Shown here one piece after another: positions 39,602 through 48,926 of a DNA stretch of 64,000 nucleotides. A program made the position numbers and the translations under genes. The notes beneath the pieces were generated by a model. That model ran no database searches and was not told the DNA's origin. It was given only the letters and a program-made list of their open reading frames with translations. Positions within the stretch are counted from its first letter, which is position 1, and each line of letters begins with the position of its first letter. The stretch is from Vulcanimicrobiota bacterium (GTDB lineage Bacteria; Vulcanimicrobiota; Vulcanimicrobiia; Vulcanimicrobiales; Vulcanimicrobiaceae), in assembly GCA_963777315.1 (NCBI GenBank), contig CAVZQC010000001.1, positions 399,172 to 463,171 on the forward strand. Direction: 5' to 3'.

Positions 39602-39882
39602 GATGCGTTGCTCTGCTCGATCAGCGCTTGCATGTGCCGAACGTGATCGACGAACGCTTGACGACCGGCCGGCGTAAGGCGATAGCGCGTCTGCGGCCGG
39701 CGTTTGACGAACGTCTTTTCTTCGCCGACATACCCGTGCTCGACGAGTTTTGCCAAATGCGCGCCCAAGTTGCCGTTGGTCGTTTGCGTGGCCCGCTGTA
39801 ATTGCGCGAATGCCACCCACTGCGCCGTGAGCAGTTCGGCGATCACGCCCAACCGAATCTTCGAGAGCAGCAGCTCGTCCAC
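39598..39882 (-). CDS. winged-helix transcriptional regulator (ArsR/MarR-like)
   Basis: SKIRLGV, TNGNLGAHLAKL, GYV, TRYRLTPAGRQAF. Confidence 0.88.
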   Translation of the reverse strand: MDELLLSKIRLGVIAELLTAQWVAFAQLQRATQTTNGNLGAHLAKLVEHGYVGEEKTFVKRRPQTRYRLTPAGRQAFVDHVRHMQALIEQSNAS

Positions 39883-40472
39883 TACGCTGCCTCTTGCGGG
39901 CCCCGCCGGAGAAAGAGCAGTCCCGGCACCGCGTAACCGAGCACGAATCCGCCCGCGAGCGCGTAACCCGGCATCTGCGGCAACGCATAGTTCGCCGCCA
40001 AAACGGAAGCCAGCAGCACGAGTCCTCCCACCAGGCCGCGTCGATCTCCGCAGAAGCCGATGATCAGCATCATGATTGCCGCGCCCATGCTCCACACCGC
40101 CGCGCCGCCCCACCCGCCGAACACGTGCGGCTGCGCAAAGGCGGCGACGACCACGGTAAACCAGACGGCGCCCATCACTCGGCCCATCCGCATCTCGTTG
40201 AGCGACACGCGCTCGAAACTGCAGTTACGCTTTATCGAGACGCTCACCGCGATGGAGTACACGATTCCCAGAAACAAGGCCGCATAGGAGAGCCAAAGTC
40301 CGGCTTGACCGGCGACGTGTGAAAAATACAGCTGCTGACCGGCGTCGATGCCGGCCGCGGCAAACCCCCACACGACGATCAACCCGGGGATCGGCCGAAC
40401 CGGCTGCTCGTCGGCTTGGTTCAAAATGCGGTCCACCATTTCAAGGTGATTGCGGGCTTCGGAGGCGTTCAT
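39882..40472 (-). CDS. hypothetical membrane protein
   Basis: SD AAGGAG; about six TM segments; coupled to the regulator. Confidence 0.8.
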   Translation of the reverse strand: MNASEARNHLEMVDRILNQADEQPVRPIPGLIVVWGFAAAGIDAGQQLYFSHVAGQAGLWLSYAALFLGIVYSIAVSVSIKRNCSFERVSLNEMRMGRVMGAVWFTVVVAAFAQPHVFGGWGGAAVWSMGAAIMMLIIGFCGDRRGLVGGLVLLASVLAANYALPQMPGYALAGGFVLGYAVPGLLFLRRGPQEAA

Positions 40473-40493
40473 GTGCGAGGCTCCTTTTAGATT

Positions 40494-40510
40494 AGTCTAT
40501 AAAATAGATT
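40494..40510. promoter_or_regulatory. AT-rich imperfect inverted repeat (candidate operator)
   Basis: AGTCTAT-AAA-ATAGATT next to the SD of the membrane protein-regulator operon. Confidence 0.35.
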
Positions 40511-40576
40511 GCTCTGCCAGCATACTCGCCGCGACGCCCGCCGTCAAGCGGGCCGCAAGGTGCGGGCAAGCTCTCG

Positions 40577-40605
40577 TTGACAGCGTGCGCGCCCTGTTGT
40601 AACCT
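40577..40605 (+). promoter_or_regulatory. sigma70-type promoter of rplU
   Basis: TTGACA-17 nt-TAACCT, 9 nt before the ATG. Confidence 0.65.
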
Positions 40606-40614
40606 TCCAAAGTC

Positions 40615-40932
40615 ATGTACGCCATCATCGAGACCGGGGGCAAGCAGTACAAGGTCGCGCAGGGCGACGTGATCAAGTGCGACTTACTCGAGGCGCCGGC
40701 CGGATCGGACGTTACCTTCGATCGCGTTATTTTGGCCGGTGACGGCAGCGACGGCGTGTCCGTCGGGAATCCCACGGTCAGCGGCGCAACGGTAACCGGG
40801 ACCGTCCTGCGGCAAGACAAAGACAAGAAAATTCTGGTTTTCAAGTACAAGCCCAAGAAGCGCGTGCGCAAACTCACCGGCCATCGCCAGCGGTTTGCCG
40901 AGGTCAAGATCACCAAGATCGACCTTCCGTAG
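40615..40932 (+). CDS. rplU: 50S ribosomal protein L21
   Basis: MYAIIETGGKQYKV...GHRQ. Confidence 0.98.
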   Translation: MYAIIETGGKQYKVAQGDVIKCDLLEAPAGSDVTFDRVILAGDGSDGVSVGNPTVSGATVTGTVLRQDKDKKILVFKYKPKKRVRKLTGHRQRFAEVKITKIDLP

Positions 40933-40937
40933 AGGTC

Positions 40938-41276
40938 GTGCTCGAGGTCACGTTCGGCAAGGACGACCGCAACCGGCCGTCCTCTGTTTTTTCCAGCGGC
41001 CACGTCGAAATCGCCGCAACCAGTTCCGACCGGTACTCCCTTGTGTGCTCGGCCGTGTCGAGCATACTTCAGGCGGCTCGCCTGGGTCTCGAGGCCCACG
41101 TTCGGCTTCCGCTCGAGGTAACGCAGCGTTCCGGCGAACTTTTCATGCGCTGGCCGAGCGAATTTCGGGACGACCAGCGGGTTATCGCGATCGTCGAAAC
41201 GGCGCGCCTGTCGGTAGTGCAAATCGCCCGCCAGTATCCCAAGCACGTACGCGTGCGCGAGCAGCAGGAGGCGTAA
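40938..41276 (+). CDS. prp: ribosomal-processing cysteine protease Prp
   Basis: SGH...VCSAVS dyad, IARQYPKHV; lies directly after rplU. Confidence 0.85.
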   Translation: MLEVTFGKDDRNRPSSVFSSGHVEIAATSSDRYSLVCSAVSSILQAARLGLEAHVRLPLEVTQRSGELFMRWPSEFRDDQRVIAIVETARLSVVQIARQYPKHVRVREQQEA

Positions 41277-41328
41277 GGGCAGCCCAGCAGGGTATGTATA
41301 GCCGCGAGATCACTTTTGGGAGGCCACT

Positions 41329-41619
41329 ATGTCAGAGACGTTCCGGCCGACGCCATCGGAACAGCAATGGTCCGGAAGCAACGGTTACAAGGGCACGTAT
41401 GCGGAGAATGCCAGCGTGAGTTACGAGAATACCGAAAATACCGGAGGGAACGAAGTCGGGAAGGCGCTGCTCGTGGGCGTCCTAGGCGGCCTGCTGTCCG
41501 CCGCGGGATACCTCGTGTATCAGCGGCTGCCCGAAGATCAAAAAGATCGCTTGCAGCAGCAAGGCAAACAGATGCTGCAGCAGCGCATCAACGAGGTCCG
41601 TCAGAACTTCAATATTTAG
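41329..41619 (+). CDS. small single-TM hypothetical protein (YtxH-like)
   Basis: SD GGAGG; one TM followed by a Gln-rich helix. Confidence 0.7.
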   Translation: MSETFRPTPSEQQWSGSNGYKGTYAENASVSYENTENTGGNEVGKALLVGVLGGLLSAAGYLVYQRLPEDQKDRLQQQGKQMLQQRINEVRQNFNI

Positions 41620-41662
41620 CGGGCTCGTCCGGTAAACCCGGCGCCGGGGCACTTGGGGGATC

Positions 41663-42199
41663 GTGCAGCGCGCGATCCTCTTGTTTTGCATCATGTTTGC
41701 CGCGGGCGCCGGAGCAGCGCGCGCGCAAAACGATCCGGTACCGCTTTATGCGCGCGCGTTGCGCGCATTCAATCCGGACTTGCAGCAAGGCCAGTCGCTG
41801 CTGTTTGCGCGCGAAGTCATCGCGCAGGCGGACGCGAACGCCTTGGACGCGCGTTTGCTCGTCGCCCTCATCGCGGTCGAATCGAACTGGCATCCCGAGG
41901 CCGTTTCTTCCGCAGGCGCCGTCGGACTTGCGCAGCTGATGCCTGCGACGGCGTACGGCTTAGGCGTACAGCCGGCGGATCCGCAAGCGAACATCCGCGG
42001 CGCAGCGCTGCACTTGCGTGCGCTGCTCGACCGTTTTGCCGGAACGGACCGCACCTCGCAATACGCGTTCGCATTGGCGGCCTATAACGCGGGAACGGGC
42101 GCAGTCCAGCGGTACGGCGGCGTTCCGCCCTATCCGGAAACGCAGCGGTACGTCAGGTCGGTTCTTCACCTTTGGCGCCGTCTGTCGGGGCAGCAGTAA
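41663..42199 (+). CDS. lytic transglycosylase (SLT domain)
   Basis: [30 protein letters not shown]. Confidence 0.92.
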   Translation: MQRAILLFCIMFAAGAGAARAQNDPVPLYARALRAFNPDLQQGQSLLFAREVIAQADANALDARLLVALIAVESNWHPEAVSSAGAVGLAQLMPATAYGLGVQPADPQANIRGAALHLRALLDRFAGTDRTSQYAFALAAYNAGTGAVQRYGGVPPYPETQRYVRSVLHLWRRLSGQQ

Positions 42200-42428
42200 C
42201 CGGCGGGGGTTCATCGATGACCTGCACTTCTTCGAACGGCGCGGGCGCCGGTTTGACGGGCTCGTTCACGTCGGCGGCGCGTTCCATCTCGCGGACGAAC
42301 GACGCAGACGTGTTTTGGACTTCGCGCATCACGCGGCCGGCTTGGCGCATGATGCCCGGAAGTTTCTGTTCGCCGAACACCAGCAGCGCCAGAACGCCCA
42401 GAATGGCCATGTCGGGAAGCGAGAGCAC
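42153..42428 (-). CDS. twin-arginine translocase TatA/TatB family subunit
   Basis: [23 protein letters not shown]. Confidence 0.8.
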   Translation of the reverse strand: MLSLPDMAILGVLALLVFGEQKLPGIMRQAGRVMREVQNTSASFVREMERAADVNEPVKPAPAPFEEVQVIDEPPPVTAAPTDGAKGEEPT

Positions 42429-42491
42429 CGTGGGAACTACACGCTGCGCGCAGCAGGGCCCTCCTGCGGCCCCGTGCAAGATGGGCGGCTC

Positions 42492-42959
42492 GTGAAAATC
42501 ATCTACACGCGAGGCAACCGCACCGAAACGCTTGCCTCGCTGGCGACGTTGCGGAAAATCCTGGCCCGCTTCGTTGCTCACCGCGTCTTTTACGAAATTT
42601 CCAGCCGCAACAAGCGCGGGCACGAGTTCTTTTCAGCCAAGAACGTTTTCGTGGTGGGATCGATCGAGGTCGTCAATCGCGATTATCTGACCATCACGAT
42701 CTTTGACGCGCACAACCAAACGCATTCGATCGAAATCCTCAACCCGGCCACGATGCGCATTTACGACGAAATGCCCGGCAAGGGTTTTGCCGTGTCGTTC
42801 ATCAGCGATGGCGAAAGCGGCGTGGAATCACGCTGTTATCTGCGCGACGAAGGCGAAGACGGCGATCCCGGCGTTAAACAATCGGCTCTGGAAAAGATCA
42901 GCCTGCCGCAGTTGTTCGAGTATTTGGAAGAGATCACATCGGCGGATTTGGTCAAGTAA
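42492..42959 (+). CDS. hypothetical protein
   Basis: GTG start; protein-like composition and host-like codon use. Confidence 0.7.
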   Translation: MKIIYTRGNRTETLASLATLRKILARFVAHRVFYEISSRNKRGHEFFSAKNVFVVGSIEVVNRDYLTITIFDAHNQTHSIEILNPATMRIYDEMPGKGFAVSFISDGESGVESRCYLRDEGEDGDPGVKQSALEKISLPQLFEYLEEITSADLVK

Positions 42960-43385
42960 TTACACTCTGTACGCGGCTTGGTTGAACAGCGCGGGATCCA
43001 CGTTCAGGGCCGCGAGCAAGCCGGGCACCGCGGTCGCTTGCGCGGCCACGCCTAACACCAATTGCCGTGGAGTGTACCGTTCCTGTGCGCGGCGCGCTCC
43101 TTGAGCGAACACCGCCATCGCTTCGCCGTCCAGCGCTCTGCCCGGCCCTCCGTCCGGAGTTTTGAAGGCGAGCGCATCGGCGGCCGGCTGGGATACGGTT
43201 TGCGCATTGCGCAGCTGCTCGGCGTTCACCGCGGCGCCCAGCGCCGTGCCGATTGCCGGCTCCTCGAGCAGCGCGAGCAGGACCGCGCGCAACGTGATGC
43301 ACGGCTCGTCCAGCTCGATTGCCTTTTGGGCTGCGACGCGCATCGTGCGCAGCAGTTCTTCGGAAAGGCGCACGGTATCGATCAT
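42960..43385 (-). CDS. Clp N-terminal-domain-like protein
   Basis: SD AAGGAG; AAQKAIEL...ITLRAVLLALL and a second repeat-like YTPRQLVLGV. Confidence 0.6.
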   Translation of the reverse strand: MIDTVRLSEELLRTMRVAAQKAIELDEPCITLRAVLLALLEEPAIGTALGAAVNAEQLRNAQTVSQPAADALAFKTPDGGPGRALDGEAMAVFAQGARRAQERYTPRQLVLGVAAQATAVPGLLAALNVDPALFNQAAYRV

Positions 43386-43389
43386 CGCG

Positions 43390-43872
43390 TTATCTCCTTT
43401 GCCTGCGAACGACGCGTCCCTCCAGTTTCTGCGCCTGCCGCAACGCTCGCACCGCGTCGGCGGTCCGACCCAAACGCTTATATGCAACGCCCAAATTGTG
43501 GTGCGCCAGCGCGTATTCGCCGTCGCCGGCTACGGCCAGTTCGTAATGACGGATCGCTTCGTCGATCGCGCCGCTCTCGAGGTGCAGGTTGCCCAGGTTC
43601 ACCAGTGCGGGCGCATACCGCGGCAGAATCTCCAGCGCTTGCGCGAACGCTTCACGTGCCTGGTCGACGCGGTGCAGGGCCACCAATGCGACCCCGCGTT
43701 TGTTTTCGATCGCGGCACGCTCCAACGTCGTGAGCGCGCGATCGGCGCGCAGTTCGCCCAGCCGGTCGAGCGCGCTTTCGTAGCGTCCCTGCGCGATGTC
43801 GCGCATCGCCAGCTCGAACGGCGTATACAATTCGGGCTTGAAAAGAGCCAGAAATCTGCGCAGGTTGAACAC
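43390..43872 (-). CDS. tetratricopeptide repeat protein
   Basis: NKRGVAL, ALVNLGNL, AHHNLGVAY repeats. Confidence 0.85.
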   Translation of the reverse strand: MFNLRRFLALFKPELYTPFELAMRDIAQGRYESALDRLGELRADRALTTLERAAIENKRGVALVALHRVDQAREAFAQALEILPRYAPALVNLGNLHLESGAIDEAIRHYELAVAGDGEYALAHHNLGVAYKRLGRTADAVRALRQAQKLEGRVVRRQRR

Positions 43873-43881
43873 TTGCCCGGA

Positions 43882-44568
43882 ATGTTCACGATCGACGTGC
43901 TCACGCTCTTTCCCGAAGTGTTCGCTCCGTTCGTGGGTCTGTCCATCGTCGGGCGCGCCGTGGAATCCGGAGTGGTTCAGATTCGCTACCATCACGTGCT
44001 CGACGCGCTGGAAGGCAGCGAGCGCGCAGACGGCTCTCCCTTCGGGGGCGGTCCTGGAATGGTGATGCGCATAGAGCCGCTGGCCCGAATCCTCGACGCG
44101 ATCGCAGCCGCGGCGCCGGCGAGTGAGCGCAGGCTGATCGTCGTGCCGTCACCCGGGGGAAGTGCCTTCGATCACCACGCAGCACGCCGGTTCGCTGAAG
44201 ACTTCGATCGGCTCGTCTTCGTATGCGGCCGTTACGAGGGAATCGACGAGCGGCTGGCAGCTCTCTATCCGGTGCACGAGTACTCGCTCGGCGATTTCGT
44301 GGTCACCGGCGGCGAACTTCCCGCACTTGCCATGATCGATGCGACCGTCCGCCTGCTCTCCGGAGCGCTGCGGGCCGAATCGCTGGCCGATGAATCATTC
44401 GCGGGCGGCGGTTTGGATTATCCATGCTACACGCGCCCGCCCGTATTTCGCGGTGTAAAGGTGCCCGAAGTTTTGCTTTCGGGCGACCATACCGCCATCG
44501 CGCGCTGGCGGCGCGAGCAGTCGCGCGCGCGCACTCGCGCCAAGCGCCCCGATTTGCCCGAATCCTAG
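43882..44568 (+). CDS. trmD: tRNA (guanine37-N1)-methyltransferase
   Basis: DVLTLFPE, PFGGGPGMVM, CGRYEGIDER, SLGDFVVTGGE, YTRP, LLSGDH. Confidence 0.97.
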   Translation: MFTIDVLTLFPEVFAPFVGLSIVGRAVESGVVQIRYHHVLDALEGSERADGSPFGGGPGMVMRIEPLARILDAIAAAAPASERRLIVVPSPGGSAFDHHAARRFAEDFDRLVFVCGRYEGIDERLAALYPVHEYSLGDFVVTGGELPALAMIDATVRLLSGALRAESLADESFAGGGLDYPCYTRPPVFRGVKVPEVLLSGDHTAIARWRREQSRARTRAKRPDLPES

Positions 44569-44647
44569 CGCTCATGCTATTATGCCAAGGCTGCCGTGGG
44601 CCGACCCATCGGCCTTTTGAATTTCGCCCCATTCCAAGAGAAGAGCC
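44554..44647 (+). promoter_or_regulatory. rplS promoter and leader hairpin
   Basis: TTGCCC-18 nt-TATTAT with TG extension; GGCCGA-CCCA-TCGGCC-TTTT. Confidence 0.45.
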
Positions 44648-44998
44648 ATGAACGTCATCGATGTTTTGAACCGGGAACAGCGTAAGGACAACCTGCCGCA
44701 GTTCCGTCCCGGCGACACAGTCAAGGTGTATTCCAAAGTCGTCGAAGGCGGCAAGGAGCGCGTTCAGATGTTCGAAGGCGTCGTGACGGTTCGCAAAGGC
44801 GGCGGCGCACAGGAATCGATCACCATTCGCCGGATCGCTCACGGCGTCGGCGTCGAAAAAACTTTCCTGATGCACAGCCCACGCGTGGAGCGCATCGAGG
44901 TGAGCAAACGCGGCATCGTTCGCCGCAGCCGCCTGTACTATCTGACCGAAAAGATCGGCAAGGCCGCGCGGATCAAAGAGAAGAAAACTGCCCGCTAG
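44648..44998 (+). CDS. rplS: 50S ribosomal protein L19
   Basis: [36 protein letters not shown]. Confidence 0.98.
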   Translation: MNVIDVLNREQRKDNLPQFRPGDTVKVYSKVVEGGKERVQMFEGVVTVRKGGGAQESITIRRIAHGVGVEKTFLMHSPRVERIEVSKRGIVRRSRLYYLTEKIGKAARIKEKKTAR

Positions 44999-45686
44999 TT
45001 TTGCTCCCGCGCCTCTGCAGCTACTGGGACTGATCGGTCTTTTCGCCGTCGCGCGGCTAACTCTGAGCCTGAAAAGGCTGCGCGCGCCCGACATTGCGCG
45101 CCAGTACCTGGACGCGTTCATCGCAGCCGCCCTGATCGCGCTCTTTCTGGTCACGTTCGTCGTGCGAACGTTCTACATTCCTTCGGGATCGATGACGCCC
45201 ACGCTGCGCAGCGGCGACGTTTTGCTCGTCAACGAAATCGCCTACCGTTTCGAAGCGCCGCGCCGCGGCGACATTGCGGTGTTCACGCCGCCGATGGCTT
45301 CTCGCGTCAGCTTCATCAAGCGCGTCATCGCGGTGCCGGGCGATACGCTGCGGGTGCACGGCGGCACTGTGTACGTGAACGGCAAGAAGTTAACCGAACC
45401 GTACGTCGCTCACGCGCCCGACTACGGCTTGGTCATACGCAATTACGGCATTTACGTCGACGACGGCGACGGTCTGCACCCCCTCGATCCTTCGGCCGCC
45501 GACGTTCCGCCGCGCTCGATGTGGCAATCGCCGGATCGCGTGCCGCGCGGCTTTTACTTCATGATGGGCGACAACCGCAGCGATTCCGACGACTCGCACG
45601 TCTGGGGCTTTGCCGCCAAGGCCGCTTTTACCGGGCGCGCATTTTTAGTGCTGTGGCCGCTCGGGCGGCTGCGTGCGCTGAACTAA
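44988..45686 (+). CDS. lepB: signal peptidase I (copy 1; start uncertain)
   Basis: [31 protein letters not shown]; the TM-encoding frame extends upstream of the GTG at 45162. Confidence 0.9.
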   Translation: MPASFAPAPLQLLGLIGLFAVARLTLSLKRLRAPDIARQYLDAFIAAALIALFLVTFVVRTFYIPSGSMTPTLRSGDVLLVNEIAYRFEAPRRGDIAVFTPPMASRVSFIKRVIAVPGDTLRVHGGTVYVNGKKLTEPYVAHAPDYGLVIRNYGIYVDDGDGLHPLDPSAADVPPRSMWQSPDRVPRGFYFMMGDNRSDSDDSHVWGFAAKAAFTGRAFLVLWPLGRLRALN

Positions 45687-45696
45687 CGCAAGCAGC

Positions 45697-46452
45697 ATGG
45701 GAGCCGTTGCGGTGACGCCCTTCGAATTACTCGGCCTGGTTGCCGTTTTTTTGGTGGCCCGCATCGTGCTCACGCTGCGGCCTGTTCGCGCCGGTTCGCA
45801 AGGCCGTTCGAGCGGCTTTGCGCGCGAATACCTCGACCCGTTCATCTATGCCGGCATCGCGGCGTTTTTGCTGATCACCTTCGTGGCGCGAACCTACTAC
45901 ATTCCGTCGGGGTCGATGATTCCCACGCTCAAAGTCGGCGACGTCCTGCTGGTCAACAAGTTCGAATACCGCTTCCGCGCGCCGGCCGAGGGCGACGTCG
46001 TCGTCTTTCCGCCGCCGATTCCGACGACCGACGACTTCATCAAGCGCGTTATCGGACGTCCGGGCGACACGCTGCGAATACAAAGCGGCGTGGTCTACCT
46101 CAACGGTAAAGCGTTGAACGAGCCGTACATCGCTCAGGCGCCGGACTACAATCTGGTGGTGAGGAACTACGGCATCTACGTCGACACGGGAGCCGGCTTC
46201 ACGCGCCTGGATCCCGCCGAGGCCAACGTTCCGCCTCGCAAGGATTGGTCCGCGCCCGATCGCATTCCGAAGAACTGTTACTTCATGATGGGCGACAATC
46301 GCAACGATTCGGAAGATTCGCACATCTGGGGTTTTGCGCAAGATGCGGGCGCGTTTGCGGCCGGTCCCAACGAAGGCAAGGCCGCCCACTTCACCGGGCA
46401 CGCTTTCTTGATCTTTTGGCCGCTCGGGCACGCGCGGATACTGTGGCGCTGA
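45697..46452 (+). CDS. lepB: signal peptidase I (copy 2)
   Basis: IPSGSMIPTL, FIKRVIGRPGD, GDNRNDSEDS. Confidence 0.93.
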   Translation: MGAVAVTPFELLGLVAVFLVARIVLTLRPVRAGSQGRSSGFAREYLDPFIYAGIAAFLLITFVARTYYIPSGSMIPTLKVGDVLLVNKFEYRFRAPAEGDVVVFPPPIPTTDDFIKRVIGRPGDTLRIQSGVVYLNGKALNEPYIAQAPDYNLVVRNYGIYVDTGAGFTRLDPAEANVPPRKDWSAPDRIPKNCYFMMGDNRNDSEDSHIWGFAQDAGAFAAGPNEGKAAHFTGHAFLIFWPLGHARILWR

Positions 46453-46470
46453 CGTAGAAGACCTGCTCCC

Positions 46471-46980
46471 GTGCTCCGGGAACTGCATTGGCGCTCGCTC
46501 GCGAGCGCAACGCTGCAAATCGCCGTTCTGGTCGCGCTCGCGCTCGCGTTCTTCATGCGGACCCCTCAAGTCTCCGGGCGATCCATGGCACCCCACATCG
46601 CATCTGGTGAGATCGTCATCATCAATACGATGGCATACCGCTTCGGACGCCCCGGCCGCGGCGATATCGTTGCATTTCATCACGACGCGCCTACGCCCGA
46701 AGTGTTCATCAAGCGCGTCATCGGGCTGCCCGGCGACCGCGTCGCGATCGATCGCGGCCATGTGATCGTCAACGGCACCGCGCTCGACGAAGCCTACGTA
46801 CGCTTTGCGGACGCGCGCAGCTTTGCCCAAGTGACCGTGCCGCCCGGTCGATTGTACGTGCTGGGCGACAACCGCGCGGACAGCGACGATTCGCGCTTCT
46901 GGGGCTTCGTGCCCGAGAACGAAGTGCTGGGCAAAGCGCTGGTAGGCATATGGCCGCTGCATCACTTGGGAGCGCTCTGA
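46471..46980 (+). CDS. lepB: signal peptidase I (copy 3, short SipS-like)
   Basis: VSGRSMAP, FIKRVIGLPGD, GDNRADSDDSR. Confidence 0.92.
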   Translation: MLRELHWRSLASATLQIAVLVALALAFFMRTPQVSGRSMAPHIASGEIVIINTMAYRFGRPGRGDIVAFHHDAPTPEVFIKRVIGLPGDRVAIDRGHVIVNGTALDEAYVRFADARSFAQVTVPPGRLYVLGDNRADSDDSRFWGFVPENEVLGKALVGIWPLHHLGAL

Positions 46981-47000
46981 AACGGCGTGAAAGCAGCAGC

Positions 47001-47824
47001 ATGAACGCCGACCGCGAGTTCGAGCAAGTCATCCAGTGGTATCCGGGCCATATGGCGGCGGCGATGCGGCGCATCGGCGAGTACATGCAGATGATCGACA
47101 TCGTGATCGAAGTCGTCGATGCTCGCGTCCCACGCAGCGGCGCCAATCCTGCGCTCGACGCCGTAGCGGCCAAACGCGCGCGCGTCCTCGTGCTCACACG
47201 TGAAGACCTCGCAGAGGCTGCGCAAACCGCGCGTTGGGCGGCATCGCTGCGGGCAGCCGGCAAACAGGTGGTCGCGGTGAACGCACGCGAACGAGCCGGA
47301 ATCAACCAGCTGGATCGATTCTGCAGCAGCTCTCGCAGCGCGGCCGTTCCACGCAGCGCGCAATGGTCGTGGGTTTGCCCAACTCGGGCAAGTCTTCGGT
47401 CATCAACGGTTTGCTGCGCCGGGCAGCGGCACGTACGGAAGACCGCGCCGGCGTTACGCGTGCGCTGCAATGGTTTCGCGTCGGGGCCAATTTGGAGCTG
47501 ATGGACACGCCGGGCATCCTGGTGCCCAAGATCGCGTCGGGCGACGCGCAATGGAAGCTTGCGCTCGTCGGCGCGGTACCGCGCGACCGCTTCGACCCGC
47601 AAGACGTCGCCGCACGCTTTTATCGCTGGACGGTGGAGAACGCCGGTGCGCGCCCGAAGGTCCCCGATCTGGAAACGTTCTCCCGCGCGCGCGGCTTCAT
47701 GCGCAAAGGCGCATCGGTCGATTACCACAACGCCGCACAGGCGTATATCAAGGATTTCAGCCAAGGCAAATTCGGACGCATCACTTTGGAGCGAGCACCC
47801 GAACATGACGCCAAAACAGCGTAA
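47001..47824 (+). CDS. rbgA: ribosome biogenesis GTPase RbgA/YlqF (frameshift near 47318)
   Basis: IQWYPGHM, DARVP, then GLPNSGKSS, GVTR, DTPGIL, GKFGRITLE in the next frame. Confidence 0.92.
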
Positions 47825-48512
47825 AGCCAAGAACGCTTACGAACGCGACCGCCGGCGGCTGCATCGCCTTCACGCATTCGAAAATGCGGCGCGGACCAAA
47901 GGCTTCCTCTACATCGGCGGAATCGACGAAGTCGGGCGCGGTCCGCTTGCGGGGCCGGTCGTTGCGGCATGCGTGGTGGCCGCCGAGCCGCTCATGCTGC
48001 GCGGGCTGAACGACTCAAAGCAAGTGCAGCCCGAACTGCGCGTGCACCTGGCCGAGCAGATCAAAGCATGCTGCGCGGCATGGGCCGTCGGCGAGGCGAG
48101 CGTGGCCGAAATCGACTGTCTGAACATCTACTGGGCCAGCATCCTGGCGATGGAACGCGCCATCGCTTCGCTGAGCGTGGCGCCGCAGTATCTCATAACC
48201 GATGCCGTTCGCATCAAGGCGTTCGCCGGACCTCAGGAGCCGCTGATAAAGGGCGATGCACGCAGCGCGACCGTTGCCGCCGCATCGATCGTCGCTAAGG
48301 TCTATCGCGATAATCTGCTCGTCGATTTACATCGAAGCGAGCCGCGGTACGGTTTTGCCGAACACAAGGGTTACGCCACGCCCGAACATTTGCGGGCGCT
48401 CAAAGAGCACGGGCCGTGCGTGCACCATCGCTCGGGCTGGTGGCGCGTTCGGGAAGCGCAGCTGGCCTTTGGGCTCGGCTGCGAATCGGAACCCGAATTT
48501 GCGCAGCGCTAA
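47805..48512 (+). CDS. rnhB: ribonuclease HII
   Basis: GIDEVGRGPLAGPV, NDSK, IKGDA, AAASIVAKV, HKGY. Confidence 0.96.
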   Translation: MTPKQRKAKNAYERDRRRLHRLHAFENAARTKGFLYIGGIDEVGRGPLAGPVVAACVVAAEPLMLRGLNDSKQVQPELRVHLAEQIKACCAAWAVGEASVAEIDCLNIYWASILAMERAIASLSVAPQYLITDAVRIKAFAGPQEPLIKGDARSATVAAASIVAKVYRDNLLVDLHRSEPRYGFAEHKGYATPEHLRALKEHGPCVHHRSGWWRVREAQLAFGLGCESEPEFAQR

Positions 48513-48840
48513 CGCAAGCAAGGGACGGGCGGGCGAAGAGCGCGCCGCGCAGTTTTTGCAATCCGAAGGTTATCGCGTCCTGCAGCGCAACGTGCGGCTG
48601 CCCGGAGGCGAGATCGACCTCGTGTGCCGCGACGGGGACGTCGTCGTCTTCGTCGAGGTCAAGTTGCGCAACACGGTCGGCTACGGGCGCGCGCTTTCGG
48701 CAGTGGACGCTCGCAAGCGCAGCAGGCTTCGCAGGCTCGCAGCCGATTACGTGCAAATCGTCGCTCCAAATGCCGGCGTTCGGTTTGACGTGGTCGCGGT
48801 GGACGGAGAGCGCATGATCCTGCACCGGAACGCCTTTTAA
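48499..48840 (+). CDS. yraN: YraN family protein
   Basis: GRAGEERA, GEIDLV, VFVEVK, RFDVVAV. Confidence 0.93.
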   Translation: MRSANASKGRAGEERAAQFLQSEGYRVLQRNVRLPGGEIDLVCRDGDVVVFVEVKLRNTVGYGRALSAVDARKRSRLRRLAADYVQIVAPNAGVRFDVVAVDGERMILHRNAF

Positions 48841-48926
48841 GATGAACCCGTTGCAGGCGCGCCCTCGGGGAGCTATCGCGAGAGCACAAACATTCATGCG
48901 CAGGCTGGGCCGGAGCGCCTGTTAAC

